From Candidatus Bipolaricaulota bacterium (GTDB lineage: Bacteria > Bipolaricaulota > Bipolaricaulia > UBA7950 > UBA9294): a stretch of DNA of 45,349 nt. Shown here piece after piece: positions 27,701 through 36,396 of this stretch. The stretch covers positions 1-45,349 of the forward strand of contig JBFMGK010000069.1 in the NCBI GenBank assembly GCA_040752575.1. Direction: 5' to 3'. Every line of letters begins with the position of its first letter. The stretch's first letter is position 1. The position numbers and the translations under genes were made by a program. The notes under the pieces were generated by a model. It was not told the origin of the DNA and did no database searches. It was given only the letters and a program-made list of their open reading frames with translations.

Positions 27701-29740
27701 GTCGGCGTACAACCCGTAGAGCCCGTTAGAGGAGACCGTGCAGCGCAGCATGTCGATCAACGCGTTCTCGAGCAAGACGCCGTTCTGGACGTTATCGTGG
27801 ACCGTGCTGTCCGAAAGGTCGAGCCGCGATCCCGTCTCGTAGACGCCGTGGAGCTGATTGCCCGCGGCCTCCAGCCCCGCCGCAACCGCCGAGCTCTTGT
27901 CCATGCGCAGCCCGTTCTCTCCCTGGTCGACGAGCGTGCATGAAGCAAGCTTGGCTTCGGACTCCGAAAGGAAGACTCCGTTCTTGAGGTTCCCCCGCGC
28001 GGTGCTGCCGCTCATGTCGAGCAAACTCTCGCTCGCACTCGCTCCGTTCTGCAGGTTCCTCTCGAACGTCGACGCGTTACGGATGACGAGTGTCGATCCC
28101 GCCGTCGCGGCCGCGCCGTCGAGGGTGTTCTCGCGGAACGTGCTCCCATCGATCGTCCCCGTCGAGGTCTCGAGGAGTAGGCCGTTCGCTCCGTTCTTCT
28201 CGGACGTCGTGGCGGCTTCGGCAATCACGGACGTTGCCGGCCCTGCGTAGACGCCGTTGCGGACGTTCTCCTTGAGAAGCGCACCGCGCAGCGTCGCGGT
28301 CGACGCGGCAGGGCTCGCGGCGGTGGCGTTGGTCGCCACGCCGACTCCATCGCGCTGGTTGGCGCTGATCTCCGCGTTCTGAACGAGGGACGATGCCTGG
28401 TCGATGTGCACGCCATCCACGCCATTCAGCGAGACGACGGCGCCCGACCCAATCGTCGCGGTCCCGCCGTTGGCAACGAGGATCCCGTGACGCGAGTTTC
28501 GCGCGACAAGTCCTCCCGTCCACGACAGCGTGGACGCATCGTTCTGGATCCCGTCTTGGAGGTTGTCGACCACGTTGGCGCCTTGCCCCGTGAGCCGGGC
28601 TCCCTGGACCAGCCGCAGTCCGGCCTCGAGGTTCTTCGACGCCGTGGCCCCGGAGATCGTGGCCGTCGTCGCGTCGAGGAACAGACCGGCCCGGGTGTTC
28701 TCGGTAAGAAGGGCCCCGCCGTCGACGGTTGCTGACGATCCGTTCAAGACCTCGACGCCGTTTGTCCCCTGCCGCGCGATCGTTCCTCCGGTCACCGTGA
28801 CCACGCTCGCCGCGTCAAGCCGCACGCCCGCGCCGAGGTTGTCCTGAATCGTGCAGTTCACCACGCTTCCCTGCGAGGCGTAGTAGAGGACCCCCGGGGC
28901 TTGGTGGCCGCTGACCGTCGTTCCGGAGACGACCAACTCCGCGTCGCGCGCCTCGATCCCCGGACCCTGGTTCGCCTGAACGAGCGCACTGCCCTGAAGG
29001 GTGAACGAGGCATTCTCGACGAACACCCCGCCCAGCTTGTTGCCCGAGATGACCGTTTGGGAGCTGCCCTCGAGGAATTCGACAATCGCCTCGGCGTCGA
29101 CCACGATGCCGTATCCGTCGTTCCGAACGAAGGAACTCGATGTGATCTGAGCCAGTGCCGACTGGATATGCAGTCCGCCGGCATCGTTATCCTCGATCGT
29201 CGACTGCGACAGCAGGAGCTGCGCCTCGCGAATGTCCTCTGGGTTGCCGATGAGCTCGATCCCCCACCCGTGGTTCCAGCGGACGACGCTCTCTTCCAGG
29301 GTCACGTCGTACCCCACGACCCCCGTGCCGAAGTTCTTCTGGATCGTGCACTCGCGAAAGACGATGTTGTTCCCACCCGTGACCTGAACGCCGACAGAGC
29401 CGCTCTGAACGACCAGATTCTCGAACACGAGATCGCGGCAGTTGATGAGTTCCAGCACCGGCCGGTCCTCGAACCGCCCGATGAGCGTCGCCTCGCGCGA
29501 CGAAGAACTCGTGCGAACCGTGACACCTCGGATGTTGCGCACGCTGGTCGACCCGCGCAGCGGCGTGGTTCGCGTGATGACGATCACATCCCCGCGGTCG
29601 GCGGCCTCGAGCGCGTCGTCGAGCGACGTGTAATCGTCGGGCACCGAGATCGTGTCGCCGAACGCGGACCATGACGCCCAGGCCAGAACCAGTAGGATGA
29701 AAACCGAGAGAATGTGAAGACGCCGAGCTGCCCTCCGCAT
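24797..29740 (-). CDS. Giant secreted right-handed parallel beta-helix protein (1647 aa)
   Basis: ATG 29740 after GAGGAGGAGG; signal peptide; cap TISVPDDYTSLDDAL..GDVIVI; then continuous ~22-aa repeats ([ST]-[IV]-x-x-N-x-x-x-G-[IVL]). Confidence 0.9.
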   Translation of the reverse strand: MRRAARRLHILSVFILLVLAWASWSAFGDTISVPDDYTSLDDALEAADRGDVIVITRTTPLRGSTSVRNIRGVTVRTSSSSREATLIGRFEDRPVLELINCRDLVFENLVVQSGSVGVQVTGGNNIVFRECTIQKNFGTGVVGYDVTLEESVVRWNHGWGIELIGNPEDIREAQLLLSQSTIEDNDAGGLHIQSALAQITSSSFVRNDGYGIVVDAEAIVEFLEGSSQTVISGNKLGGVFVENASFTLQGSALVQANQGPGIEARDAELVVSGTTVSGHQAPGVLYYASQGSVVNCTIQDNLGAGVRLDAASVVTVTGGTIARQGTNGVEVLNGSSATVDGGALLTENTRAGLFLDATTATISGATASKNLEAGLRLVQGARLTGQGANVVDNLQDGIQNDASTLSWTGGLVARNSRHGILVANGGTATIGSGAVVSLNGVDGVHIDQASSLVQNAEISANQRDGVGVATNATAASPAASTATLRGALLKENVRNGVYAGPATSVIAEAATTSEKNGANGLLLETSTGTIDGSTFRENTLDGAAATAGSTLVIRNASTFERNLQNGASASESLLDMSGSTARGNLKNGVFLSESEAKLASCTLVDQGENGLRMDKSSAVAAGLEAAGNQLHGVYETGSRLDLSDSTVHDNVQNGVLLENALIDMLRCTVSSNGLYGLYADKNSSATVTDSTISLHPNHGVRLYTSSGDFLRSTIADNAAHGISAEVSAVVMVDSQVSGNRMRGIDLVNSTADLTTTQIARNTQTGLSAVDSTASIVSCTLDGQGAEGLVLANAACGMESTIIRGSARSGLVATNAVAAIEGGEIRGNALHGIELTKSSINAEGITIASNGQSGLHAVGSGAEFATSQISSNGAHGMNLSFTQVSFDGGAIADNALTGITGAERSRAALIATSVTGHAGAGVDLADSSADVRATSIADNDGGGLRGDSSVLRIVDGSSVSSNGLSGLDLANSFAEIKGSTIERNAESGIVAVTSTVLLASSTVNDHSSDGIVLADSKADLEISRVESNRGRGVYAAENSELKLTGSTVRDNGEEGVSLVASSIEAVGSDLRDNGTVGVLAEDGKVVIDESTVADHPGDGVSLSGAGAEIRDTEIVDNGGYGLSGVDGATAALASCTVARNARGGVQLVDAAVDLIASDVDGNGDVGVDGLRAIVNVTNASRIVNHRADGVKLAGGSAKLVDSTVTDNRGHGLSLQDAKLTAQGCTLSKNGQNALLASASSATIATSLVQNNGTSGVAASGRSRVTLVGCTVSGHTQDAVTVEQSSVDVEDCEVHDNGGSAVLASEGTVTITGSTITRQRGAALTFEDSRAEIRSSLIDDNGGPALEAELSTVAFSDSTLSNHPTHAITLDRSSLELSGTIVSENDGVGVVAVDSQATVAASTISQNGSYALDFTNSSGVVSQGSTLRANRAIAVHTLNATVTVLDATISEHPATALYLDNSPASITRSTIRDNDGWGIEAVRQTALMTSEARITENTKGGLSLTRSVAALLDSTVIDANLSFGVVATERSALLMVDSTIGQNAAAGLLLTASSASIRGSSVGGNAGHGIGLSAASVLSLVGSTISGNQSDGLHLEASIGSVRTNSITGNLGYGVFADATSLVAGYENTISGNGTDLSGDALLDLIGPR

Positions 29741-29904
29741 GATAACCTCCTCCTCGGTGCGTTGCCTCGTGAGAGACTCTTCCAACAAGGGATCTACCCA
29801 CGTGCGCCGCAGAAAGTTTCGCGGCACCGCCCGCTGCCTCCTCTCGATGTCTCTCGTCGACCGGCGGCCGCCTCAGTGTAGCGCGCAAAGATGCGGAGGA
29901 CAGG

Positions 29905-30417
29905 ATGTGCCTCGAGGAGTACGATCGGTTCATGCGCCGCGCCGAACGCGAGATCACCGATCCTAGCGAAATCAGCTCGATCCTCCTGCGCGGGCGCGTC
30001 GTCCATCTCGGCGTCGCCGCGGCCGCAGGGCCGTATGTCGTCCCGCTGTGCTACGGCTATGACGCCTCCCGACGCGAGATCGTTTTCCACACGGCGATCT
30101 CGGGGCGAAAGCTCGACCTTTGGATGGCCGATCCCCGCGTGGGCTTCGAGATCGATTGCCCTCTTGAGCTCTTGGCCGGCGGCGACAGGGCCTGCGCATG
30201 GGGTCTTGCGTATGAGAGCGTGATCGGATCCGGCGTGGTCTCGGAGATCCTCGAGACGGAGGCGAAGATCGAAGCCCTGCGCCTTCTAATGCGTCAGCAG
30301 ACGGGAGAGAGTCAAGCGTGGACTTTTCGCGCGGAGCCGGTGAACTCAACCCGCCTCTGGCGACTCACGATCGACGCCATGTCCGGCAAACGATGCGGAC
30401 CCTTGGGAAACCCGTAA
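29905..30417 (+). CDS. Pyridoxamine 5'-phosphate oxidase-like (NimA-like) flavin-binding protein
   Basis: MRRAEREI, PYVVPLCYGY, FHTAISGRKLD and YESVIGSG; alternative start at 29932. Confidence 0.88.
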   Translation: MCLEEYDRFMRRAEREITDPSEISSILLRGRVVHLGVAAAAGPYVVPLCYGYDASRREIVFHTAISGRKLDLWMADPRVGFEIDCPLELLAGGDRACAWGLAYESVIGSGVVSEILETEAKIEALRLLMRQQTGESQAWTFRAEPVNSTRLWRLTIDAMSGKRCGPLGNP

Positions 30418-30648
30418 GTCAGGAGGGAAGAACCGCGGGCACTCAAGATAGAGGGCCGCTTTCCCCCTGTTCCTCCTGCTATGGGCCATGCCGAACTCAA
30501 CCTTCTGAGCCCGGCGCCGATCCAGAACTCACCCGGAAAGCGGCCCTGCTGTCGGTCGCCTGGAGTCTATGCACCGCGCCGCGCATCGTCGCCCCCAGAT
30601 GTCCCCACGCTGCGGTGCGCTCTTGTCCCGCGCGTGAACGCCTATTGC

Positions 30649-33465
30649 CTACTGCGTTCGCGGAGTCGGGCGGCGGCGCGTCGCCCGCACGTGGTACACC
30701 GCGGAGGCCAGCAAGCCGGCCAACGCGACGCCTAGGAGCCATGGCGGAAAGCGGAAGGCGGGCCCGCGGTCGCTCCAGAAGCCCTCGCTCCACCAGGCAT
30801 GGGTGGGAATCGTCTCGCTCTCGGCGACTCCCGCCGCGTTGAACCGAAGGCCCGAACCGGGCTCAAGGCGCAGCGCTGCAGCAAAACCCGTGGTCTTGGA
30901 GCGAAAGATCGACGCCGCTTCGTCGAGTGCGTAGACGAGGGTGGCACCGTTGTGCGAGACGGCGAACTCGCCCTTGGCGACGACGAGCCGAACCTCCGGC
31001 TGCTGCGCGTACCACGGACGGGCGCGATCCAGGGCGCCGACCGTCACGTCGAATTCCCCCGCCCCCGGACCGTCGGCGAGCGCGAGCCATCGGACGCGTC
31101 CCGAAACGACGTGCACGACAGCCCCATCCGGCGAACTCGCGCGCAGGAGGACTTCGGTGTCGGCGTCGAGGCTGATCGTTCCCCAGGTTCCCGAAGGATG
31201 TGCGATGGCCAAGAGCGCGGCTCCGTTCGACCCCGTTCGAATGGCGTATCCAGACTCGACGCGCGTCGGCACCTGCGTCGCGCGCTCCCAGGACGTCGCC
31301 GCGCCCTCCACGCGGGTGGACACGGAACCGCTGATCTTTCGCAGTTCGACGCCCACTCCGGAACCGTCAACCCGCGAGGCGCCCTGCTCGAGCACCGAGA
31401 AGATCGCGGACCAAGCTTCAGGGGACTCGTCGAGCGCCGCCCCGGACGTCGCAAGGGCCGCGGCGTGAAGTGCTCCGCTGACCGTCACGTCCGGCACGCG
31501 GTCAAGGTGAGCCGAGGCCGCGCTCACGATCCCGTCATCGGGCCACGTTGCCGGGAGGCTCTGCGCACCAACGCGGGCTGCCGGGCGGCGTCCGACGATG
31601 TTGGCGGCGTCGATGTCCGCGGGAAGGGGCGCCCCGCTTGCCTCGAGCTGATTGAGGTCGCGGAGCGCGTCCGACGAGCTGCGCAGTTCGGCCGACGCCG
31701 TCGGATGCGCCGCGAGCCAGGCAGCGACACTTGCCCCCAGCTCCTGGTCAACCCAATCGAGACCGTGGTTCGGCGTTCCAACCATCACCAACGCGCCCAC
31801 GCCCGGCCGGTCCTCCTTGGCCAGCGCAGTCCGGGCGACGAGGCCGCCCACGCCGTGGGCTACGACGTCGACGCGCGGCGCCTTGAGGCCTGCCGCAGCG
31901 TAACGCGCCGCAAGGTCTGCGACGTCGCGCGCGAAATCGGCCGACCACGCGACCAGCGAGTCGGTCCCCGGGGCCCAGGTCACGCCGTCGCCTACCACAC
32001 GCGGGTCGAACCCACGCCGCCGCGCTTCGTCGGCAAAGGCCGTCCAACCGGAGGGTCCGGCCCAGAAGCCGCCCACGACGAGGAGCGGTGGGCGCACGAC
32101 GAGGATCGTCGCCGTCGTGCTCCCCGCCTTCCCATCGAGGTCCACGTAGCGCACCGTGATCGCAACCGAGATCCCGCTGACGGATCGAGCCGACGACCCC
32201 GTGCCTACGGTCGCGGAACCCTTCGCCGCGTCGACCGGCAGCCCGCGAGGCGCAACGTACACCAGGGTCCCGATCCCATCGGGACCGACGGAGAGCGCCT
32301 CGGCGGATGGTGAAGGCGGAACGAGGCTCCCGTATCCCGGAGCGTCCACCGACAGCGAGTCGAGCTTCACGCCATGCGCCGCCAGCGAGAACGTCAACGA
32401 CGTGGCTCCATCCGCGGCAACGCCCGACGCCTTGGCTCCCGAGGCCAACGTCTCGGCAACCAGCTCTACGGTTGCGCGGGACAGCGTGACGTCAACGCGC
32501 CTCGCAACCGGCAGCGATCCGGAGAAGAACGCCGACACTCGATAGGCTCCGTCGGAGCCGGTCCGTGCCGATGCCGATGTCCCCTCGAGTCGTACCGTCG
32601 CCCCTTCGATCGGTTGGCCCCGATCGTCGACCACCGTGCCGGCCACCGAGAGCAGAGAGACCGCATCGCTCTCGACATCAAGGACTTGCGTCGACGGCCG
32701 GTGCCGGTCGGCCTGGACGTTCAGCACAACGCGAGTCGGCGCGGTCGACGGCGTCGAGGCCGGCTGGGCAATGCGACTTGCCAGCGCGCGAAGCTCTCGG
32801 CAATAGGCTTCTTTGTAGCCCTCGCAGTAGACGAGGATCTCGTTCAGGAGGTTGCGCGCCTCGCCTCGCCGCTGCGAGCGCGCCGTCTCGGCGTACCCGC
32901 TCGGCGTCGACGCGCTTGTGCCCTCGGGCGATCGAAGCGAAAGGCCCACGGTGATGCGGACGTCGCCGTCGTCCTTACGAAGAAGCGTCGCCGACGAGCT
33001 GTCGAAGGCCGCCTCGTCCCAGCCCGTCGCGGCGACGGTCACCTGGTAGAGCACGGAGTACCCGTACTCGAGCGCAACAACCTTCTCGAGCCGGTATCCC
33101 TGACAGAAGTTGCGGTACACATAGCCGTTGTCGCAGCCCCAACGCCCGACGCCATAGAGCGGGCCCATGGTGCCGCGTTCGGCGGGTGTGTCGCAGACGC
33201 GGGTCGCCTCGGCCTCGAGCTTCCCGGCGAGACCGGCGGCCGTCGGCGCCGTGCCCTCGTCCAACAGGGCATCGAGGAAGCCCCGCGCGGCATCGGCCGG
33301 CTGCAGCGCCTCGGTGCACGGTACGCGATCGCGAACCCGGTAGGTCCCTTGAGGTCCTTCGCAGGTGATCCACTGAGAATGTGCGGGGGCGGCGAGCAAC
33401 GCGACCGCTCCGGCGACGGCCGCCGCAATGTTCCACCCCTTGCGCGCCCACCCGTGGCGATCCAT
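30649..33465 (-). CDS. Secreted multidomain protein: Cys-containing N-domain, carboxypeptidase-regulatory/Ig-like domains, degenerate alpha/beta-hydrolase, FecR-like domain, C-terminal TM
   Basis: Signal peptide; VAGTVVDDRGQPIEGATV; RPPLLVVGG..VDVVAHGVGGLVAR..LVMVGTPNHG..DDGIV..LH; AIRTGSNGAA..ISLDADTEV..VVSGRV; TM followed by RRR. Confidence 0.8.
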   Translation of the reverse strand: MDRHGWARKGWNIAAAVAGAVALLAAPAHSQWITCEGPQGTYRVRDRVPCTEALQPADAARGFLDALLDEGTAPTAAGLAGKLEAEATRVCDTPAERGTMGPLYGVGRWGCDNGYVYRNFCQGYRLEKVVALEYGYSVLYQVTVAATGWDEAAFDSSSATLLRKDDGDVRITVGLSLRSPEGTSASTPSGYAETARSQRRGEARNLLNEILVYCEGYKEAYCRELRALASRIAQPASTPSTAPTRVVLNVQADRHRPSTQVLDVESDAVSLLSVAGTVVDDRGQPIEGATVRLEGTSASARTGSDGAYRVSAFFSGSLPVARRVDVTLSRATVELVAETLASGAKASGVAADGATSLTFSLAAHGVKLDSLSVDAPGYGSLVPPSPSAEALSVGPDGIGTLVYVAPRGLPVDAAKGSATVGTGSSARSVSGISVAITVRYVDLDGKAGSTTATILVVRPPLLVVGGFWAGPSGWTAFADEARRRGFDPRVVGDGVTWAPGTDSLVAWSADFARDVADLAARYAAAGLKAPRVDVVAHGVGGLVARTALAKEDRPGVGALVMVGTPNHGLDWVDQELGASVAAWLAAHPTASAELRSSSDALRDLNQLEASGAPLPADIDAANIVGRRPAARVGAQSLPATWPDDGIVSAASAHLDRVPDVTVSGALHAAALATSGAALDESPEAWSAIFSVLEQGASRVDGSGVGVELRKISGSVSTRVEGAATSWERATQVPTRVESGYAIRTGSNGAALLAIAHPSGTWGTISLDADTEVLLRASSPDGAVVHVVSGRVRWLALADGPGAGEFDVTVGALDRARPWYAQQPEVRLVVAKGEFAVSHNGATLVYALDEAASIFRSKTTGFAAALRLEPGSGLRFNAAGVAESETIPTHAWWSEGFWSDRGPAFRFPPWLLGVALAGLLASAVYHVRATRRRPTPRTQ

Positions 33466-33625
33466 ACCCCCATTCTACCGCACCGGCCCGCGAACGGGAC
33501 TTGCGGCGCAGGTTGCCCCTTGACGGCTCGGCCGGCCGGCGTAGGCTGTAGGCAGTTCGCTTCGGCGGGCGTGCGCGAAGGGCTCCCCGACGGGTCCGGC
33601 GTCCGGCCCGCGAAGGAGGCACATC

Positions 33626-33784
33626 GTGAGGAAACTCGCGCTCTTGCTTGCGGCGCTCCTCGTCGTCGCGCTCATCAGCGGGCTTGCCGGTTGCGGAGGC
33701 AACAACGTGCCCAGGTCCGCCTCGTCGACGCGTCCCACGGGTCCCACTCCGCCGGCCGCGACGACGCCTGCGGGAACCCCGTAG
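33626..33784 (+). CDS. Small lipoprotein (52 aa), absent from the ORF track
   Basis: SD AAGGAGG and GTG start: MRKLALLLAALLVVALISGLAG-CGGNNVPRSASSTRPTGPTPPAATTPAGTP*. Lipobox LAGC. Upstream TTGACG-16-TAGGCT at 33520-33547. Confidence 0.8.
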   Translation: MRKLALLLAALLVVALISGLAGCGGNNVPRSASSTRPTGPTPPAATTPAGTP

Positions 33785-33795
33785 GTCGAGCGTCG

Positions 33796-34497
33796 ATGGA
33801 GAATCCCAGGGGGCGGCGTCTTCGGATCCAGGCGTTGGTCTTTGACTTCGACGGGTTGATCCTCGACACCGAGACGCCGCTTTTCGCCTCGTGGAACGAG
33901 ATCTTCTCGGAGTGCGGCTTTGCGGTGTCGGAAGCCGACTGGGCCGAGATGCTCGGGTCGGAGTCCGACCCGCCAACGCCGTACGAGTTGCTCGAACGCC
34001 ACGTGGGACGCCCGGTCGATCGCGGCGCCCTTCGGCAGCGGCGTCTTGCCCGCGAGGAAGCGCTTCTGGCCTCGGAACCTCTGCTCCCCGGCGTAACGTC
34101 GATCCTCGCCGAGGCGCAGGCGCGTCGCCTCCTCGCAGCAGTCGCCTCGAGTTCGGAACGCGAGTGGGTCGAAAGGCATCTCGGTCGCTTCGGACTGCGT
34201 TCCGCGTTTCGGATTGTGGTGTGCGCCGAAGACGTGGCACGCACGAAACCCTCGCCGGACCTGTACCTGGAGGCGGTCCGACGACTTGGGGTCGCTCCCG
34301 GGGAAGCCATCGCGTTCGAGGACTCCCAGAAAGGCGCCGCGGCGGCACGGGCGGCGGGCCTGTTCTGCGTCTCCGTGCCGAACCGTATGACTCGCCACCG
34401 GCGGGCCTTGGAAGCCGACCTTACCGTCTCGTCATTGGACGAGATTGCCCTTGCAGATCTGATTCGCGTGGCGGAGAGCCGGCGCGGTGCGGACTAG
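33796..34497 (+). CDS. HAD-superfamily IA hydrolase
   Basis: FDFDGLILDTE, VASSS, KPSPDLY and FEDS. Confidence 0.92.
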   Translation: MENPRGRRLRIQALVFDFDGLILDTETPLFASWNEIFSECGFAVSEADWAEMLGSESDPPTPYELLERHVGRPVDRGALRQRRLAREEALLASEPLLPGVTSILAEAQARRLLAAVASSSEREWVERHLGRFGLRSAFRIVVCAEDVARTKPSPDLYLEAVRRLGVAPGEAIAFEDSQKGAAAARAAGLFCVSVPNRMTRHRRALEADLTVSSLDEIALADLIRVAESRRGAD

Positions 34498-34838
34498 AGA
34501 ACGAGGAGGACGCCGAGCACGACTTCCGAGACAAGGCTGATCCAATTCGACCTTGTCGGTGCGCGATCTCCTGCGATCGAGGCTGCGCGAACCAGCGCGA
34601 TGGCGAGATAGCCGATGCCCAGCGTTCGAAAGGCATGCGCCGAACGGAAGATGAGCACGGCAATCCCCAGACCGACGAACAGCCCTCCGAGCACGGCGCG
34701 GATCTCGCTCGTCCCCCGCGGTCCGGCGGCCGTAAGGCCGGTGAAGCGCTCCGCGCTGGGCGGCGAGACGATTGAGATCACCCCCGCCGCAAGGGTTCCG
34801 ACGGCAGCCAGGATCTTCAGCGCGTTCAGAAAGGTCAT
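34494..34838 (-). CDS. Small integral membrane protein (DUF4345-like)
   Basis: ATG 34838 after GGAGGGAGG; 4 hydrophobic segments; SEIRAVLGGLF motif. Confidence 0.7.
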   Translation of the reverse strand: MTFLNALKILAAVGTLAAGVISIVSPPSAERFTGLTAAGPRGTSEIRAVLGGLFVGLGIAVLIFRSAHAFRTLGIGYLAIALVRAASIAGDRAPTRSNWISLVSEVVLGVLLVL

Positions 34839-34944
34839 GGTCCCTCCCTCCGAGATCTCCCAGCATAGGACCAACGAGCCGACGGCGTCCACGGTGCGTT
34901 GCGGGACGCCGTCGCTTCGCCTAGCATGAGGTGGGAGGCAAAGC

Positions 34945-36315
34945 GTGAAGATCACGTTCTGTGGAGCCGCAGAGACCGTCACGGGCTCCTGCCACCTGGT
35001 GGAGAGCCACGGACTACGGGTGTTGCTCGATTGCGGCCTGTCGCAAGGAGCACGCGAACCACAGAACAGGAAGCCGTTCCCGTTCGACGCGCGCGAAATC
35101 GACGCGGTGATTCTCTCGCACGCTCACCTCGATCACGCCGGCCTCCTGCCCCGTCTTGTGCGCGAGGGGTTCGCGGGGCCGATCTACGCAACGCGCCCGA
35201 CCGCGGAAATCGCGCGCCTGATGCTGGCCGACTCCGCCCACCTCCAGATGGAGGACGCGGCCTACCATGCGCGCAGGGCGCGTCGGCGGGGAGAAGAGCC
35301 GTTGCCCGCGCTGTACGACATGGACGACGTGTTGCGCTGCGTCGAGCGCTTCCAAGCCCTCGACGGATACGGGAGGGTGGTTCCCCTCGGGAAGGGCGTC
35401 GAATTCTTGTTGCACGACGCTGGCCACATCCTCGGATCGGCGTCGATCGAACTCCGAGATGGAGAGACCGTCCTTCTGTTCAGCGGCGATCTCGGAAACC
35501 GGCACCGCCCCATCGTCCGGGACCCTGCCGTGCCGCCGCACGCGGACGCCGTCCTCGTGGAGTCGACGTACGGCAACCGTCTTCACCGCTCGCTGGACGA
35601 GACGGTCAACGAGTTGCGCCAGGCCGTCGAGGTCGTGATCTCAGAGGGCGGGAACCTCATCATCCCCTCGTTCGCGTTGGAACGCACCCAGGAAGTGCTC
35701 TACGAGTTGTTCTCACTGTGGGAACGCCAGGAACTCCCGCGCTGTGAGATCGTCGTCGACAGCCCGCTGGCTGCCTCGACGACGCGGGTCTTCGCGCGCT
35801 TCCCTGACTACTTCGATCCCGAGGGACAGGCGGTCTTCGCGCGCCATCCGCATCCGTTCGACTTCCCGCCGCTGTGGATCACGCAGACGGTCGACGAGTC
35901 ACGACGGCTCAATGAGCTGCCCGGAGGACACGTTATCCTCGCCGGAAGCGGAATGTGTACGGGTGGCCGGGTCGTCCACCACCTGCGACACAATCTCTGG
36001 CGGGATGCCGCCGGGGTTCTGTTCGTCGGGTACCAGGCGGCCGGCACGCTGGGCCGACGCATCGTCGACGGCGCCTCCGCCGTGCGCATCTTCGGCGAAG
36101 AGGTCGCGGTACGCGCCCGAATCTGGACCGTCAACGGATTCTCCTCCCATGCCGACCAGGCCGGGCTACTCGACTGGCTCGGGCACGCGCGTCCGAAGCA
36201 CGTCTTCCTCGTGCATGGGGAAGCTGATCAGCTCTCGGTCTTCGCGAAGAAGATCGCGGAGACGCTCTCGGTCTCGCCCCACATCGCCGGCCTGGGAGAG
36301 ACGGTCGCCATCTAG
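34945..36315 (+). CDS. MBL-fold beta-CASP ribonuclease (YSH1-like)
   Basis: GAAETVTGS, SHAHLDHAG, AGHILGS, ESTYG, GSGMCTGGR, FSSHAD and LVHGE. Confidence 0.93.
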   Translation: MKITFCGAAETVTGSCHLVESHGLRVLLDCGLSQGAREPQNRKPFPFDAREIDAVILSHAHLDHAGLLPRLVREGFAGPIYATRPTAEIARLMLADSAHLQMEDAAYHARRARRRGEEPLPALYDMDDVLRCVERFQALDGYGRVVPLGKGVEFLLHDAGHILGSASIELRDGETVLLFSGDLGNRHRPIVRDPAVPPHADAVLVESTYGNRLHRSLDETVNELRQAVEVVISEGGNLIIPSFALERTQEVLYELFSLWERQELPRCEIVVDSPLAASTTRVFARFPDYFDPEGQAVFARHPHPFDFPPLWITQTVDESRRLNELPGGHVILAGSGMCTGGRVVHHLRHNLWRDAAGVLFVGYQAAGTLGRRIVDGASAVRIFGEEVAVRARIWTVNGFSSHADQAGLLDWLGHARPKHVFLVHGEADQLSVFAKKIAETLSVSPHIAGLGETVAI

Positions 36316-36396
36316 GTCCGGCGTTCCCTGCAGCCAGGGCAAGAGTGGCTTACCATCACCGTCTGCCGCGCCCATCTCCATGGAAAGGTCCAAGAT

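Noticed and set aside
24785..27943. Plus-strand ORFs of 426 and 609 aa opposite the beta-helix gene
   Set aside because: Antisense shadows produced by the codon bias of the repeat protein.
30452..30547. Retron msr-msd or group II intron remnant
   Set aside because: No reverse transcriptase in the window and no domain V motif. Kept only as a generic structured-RNA candidate.
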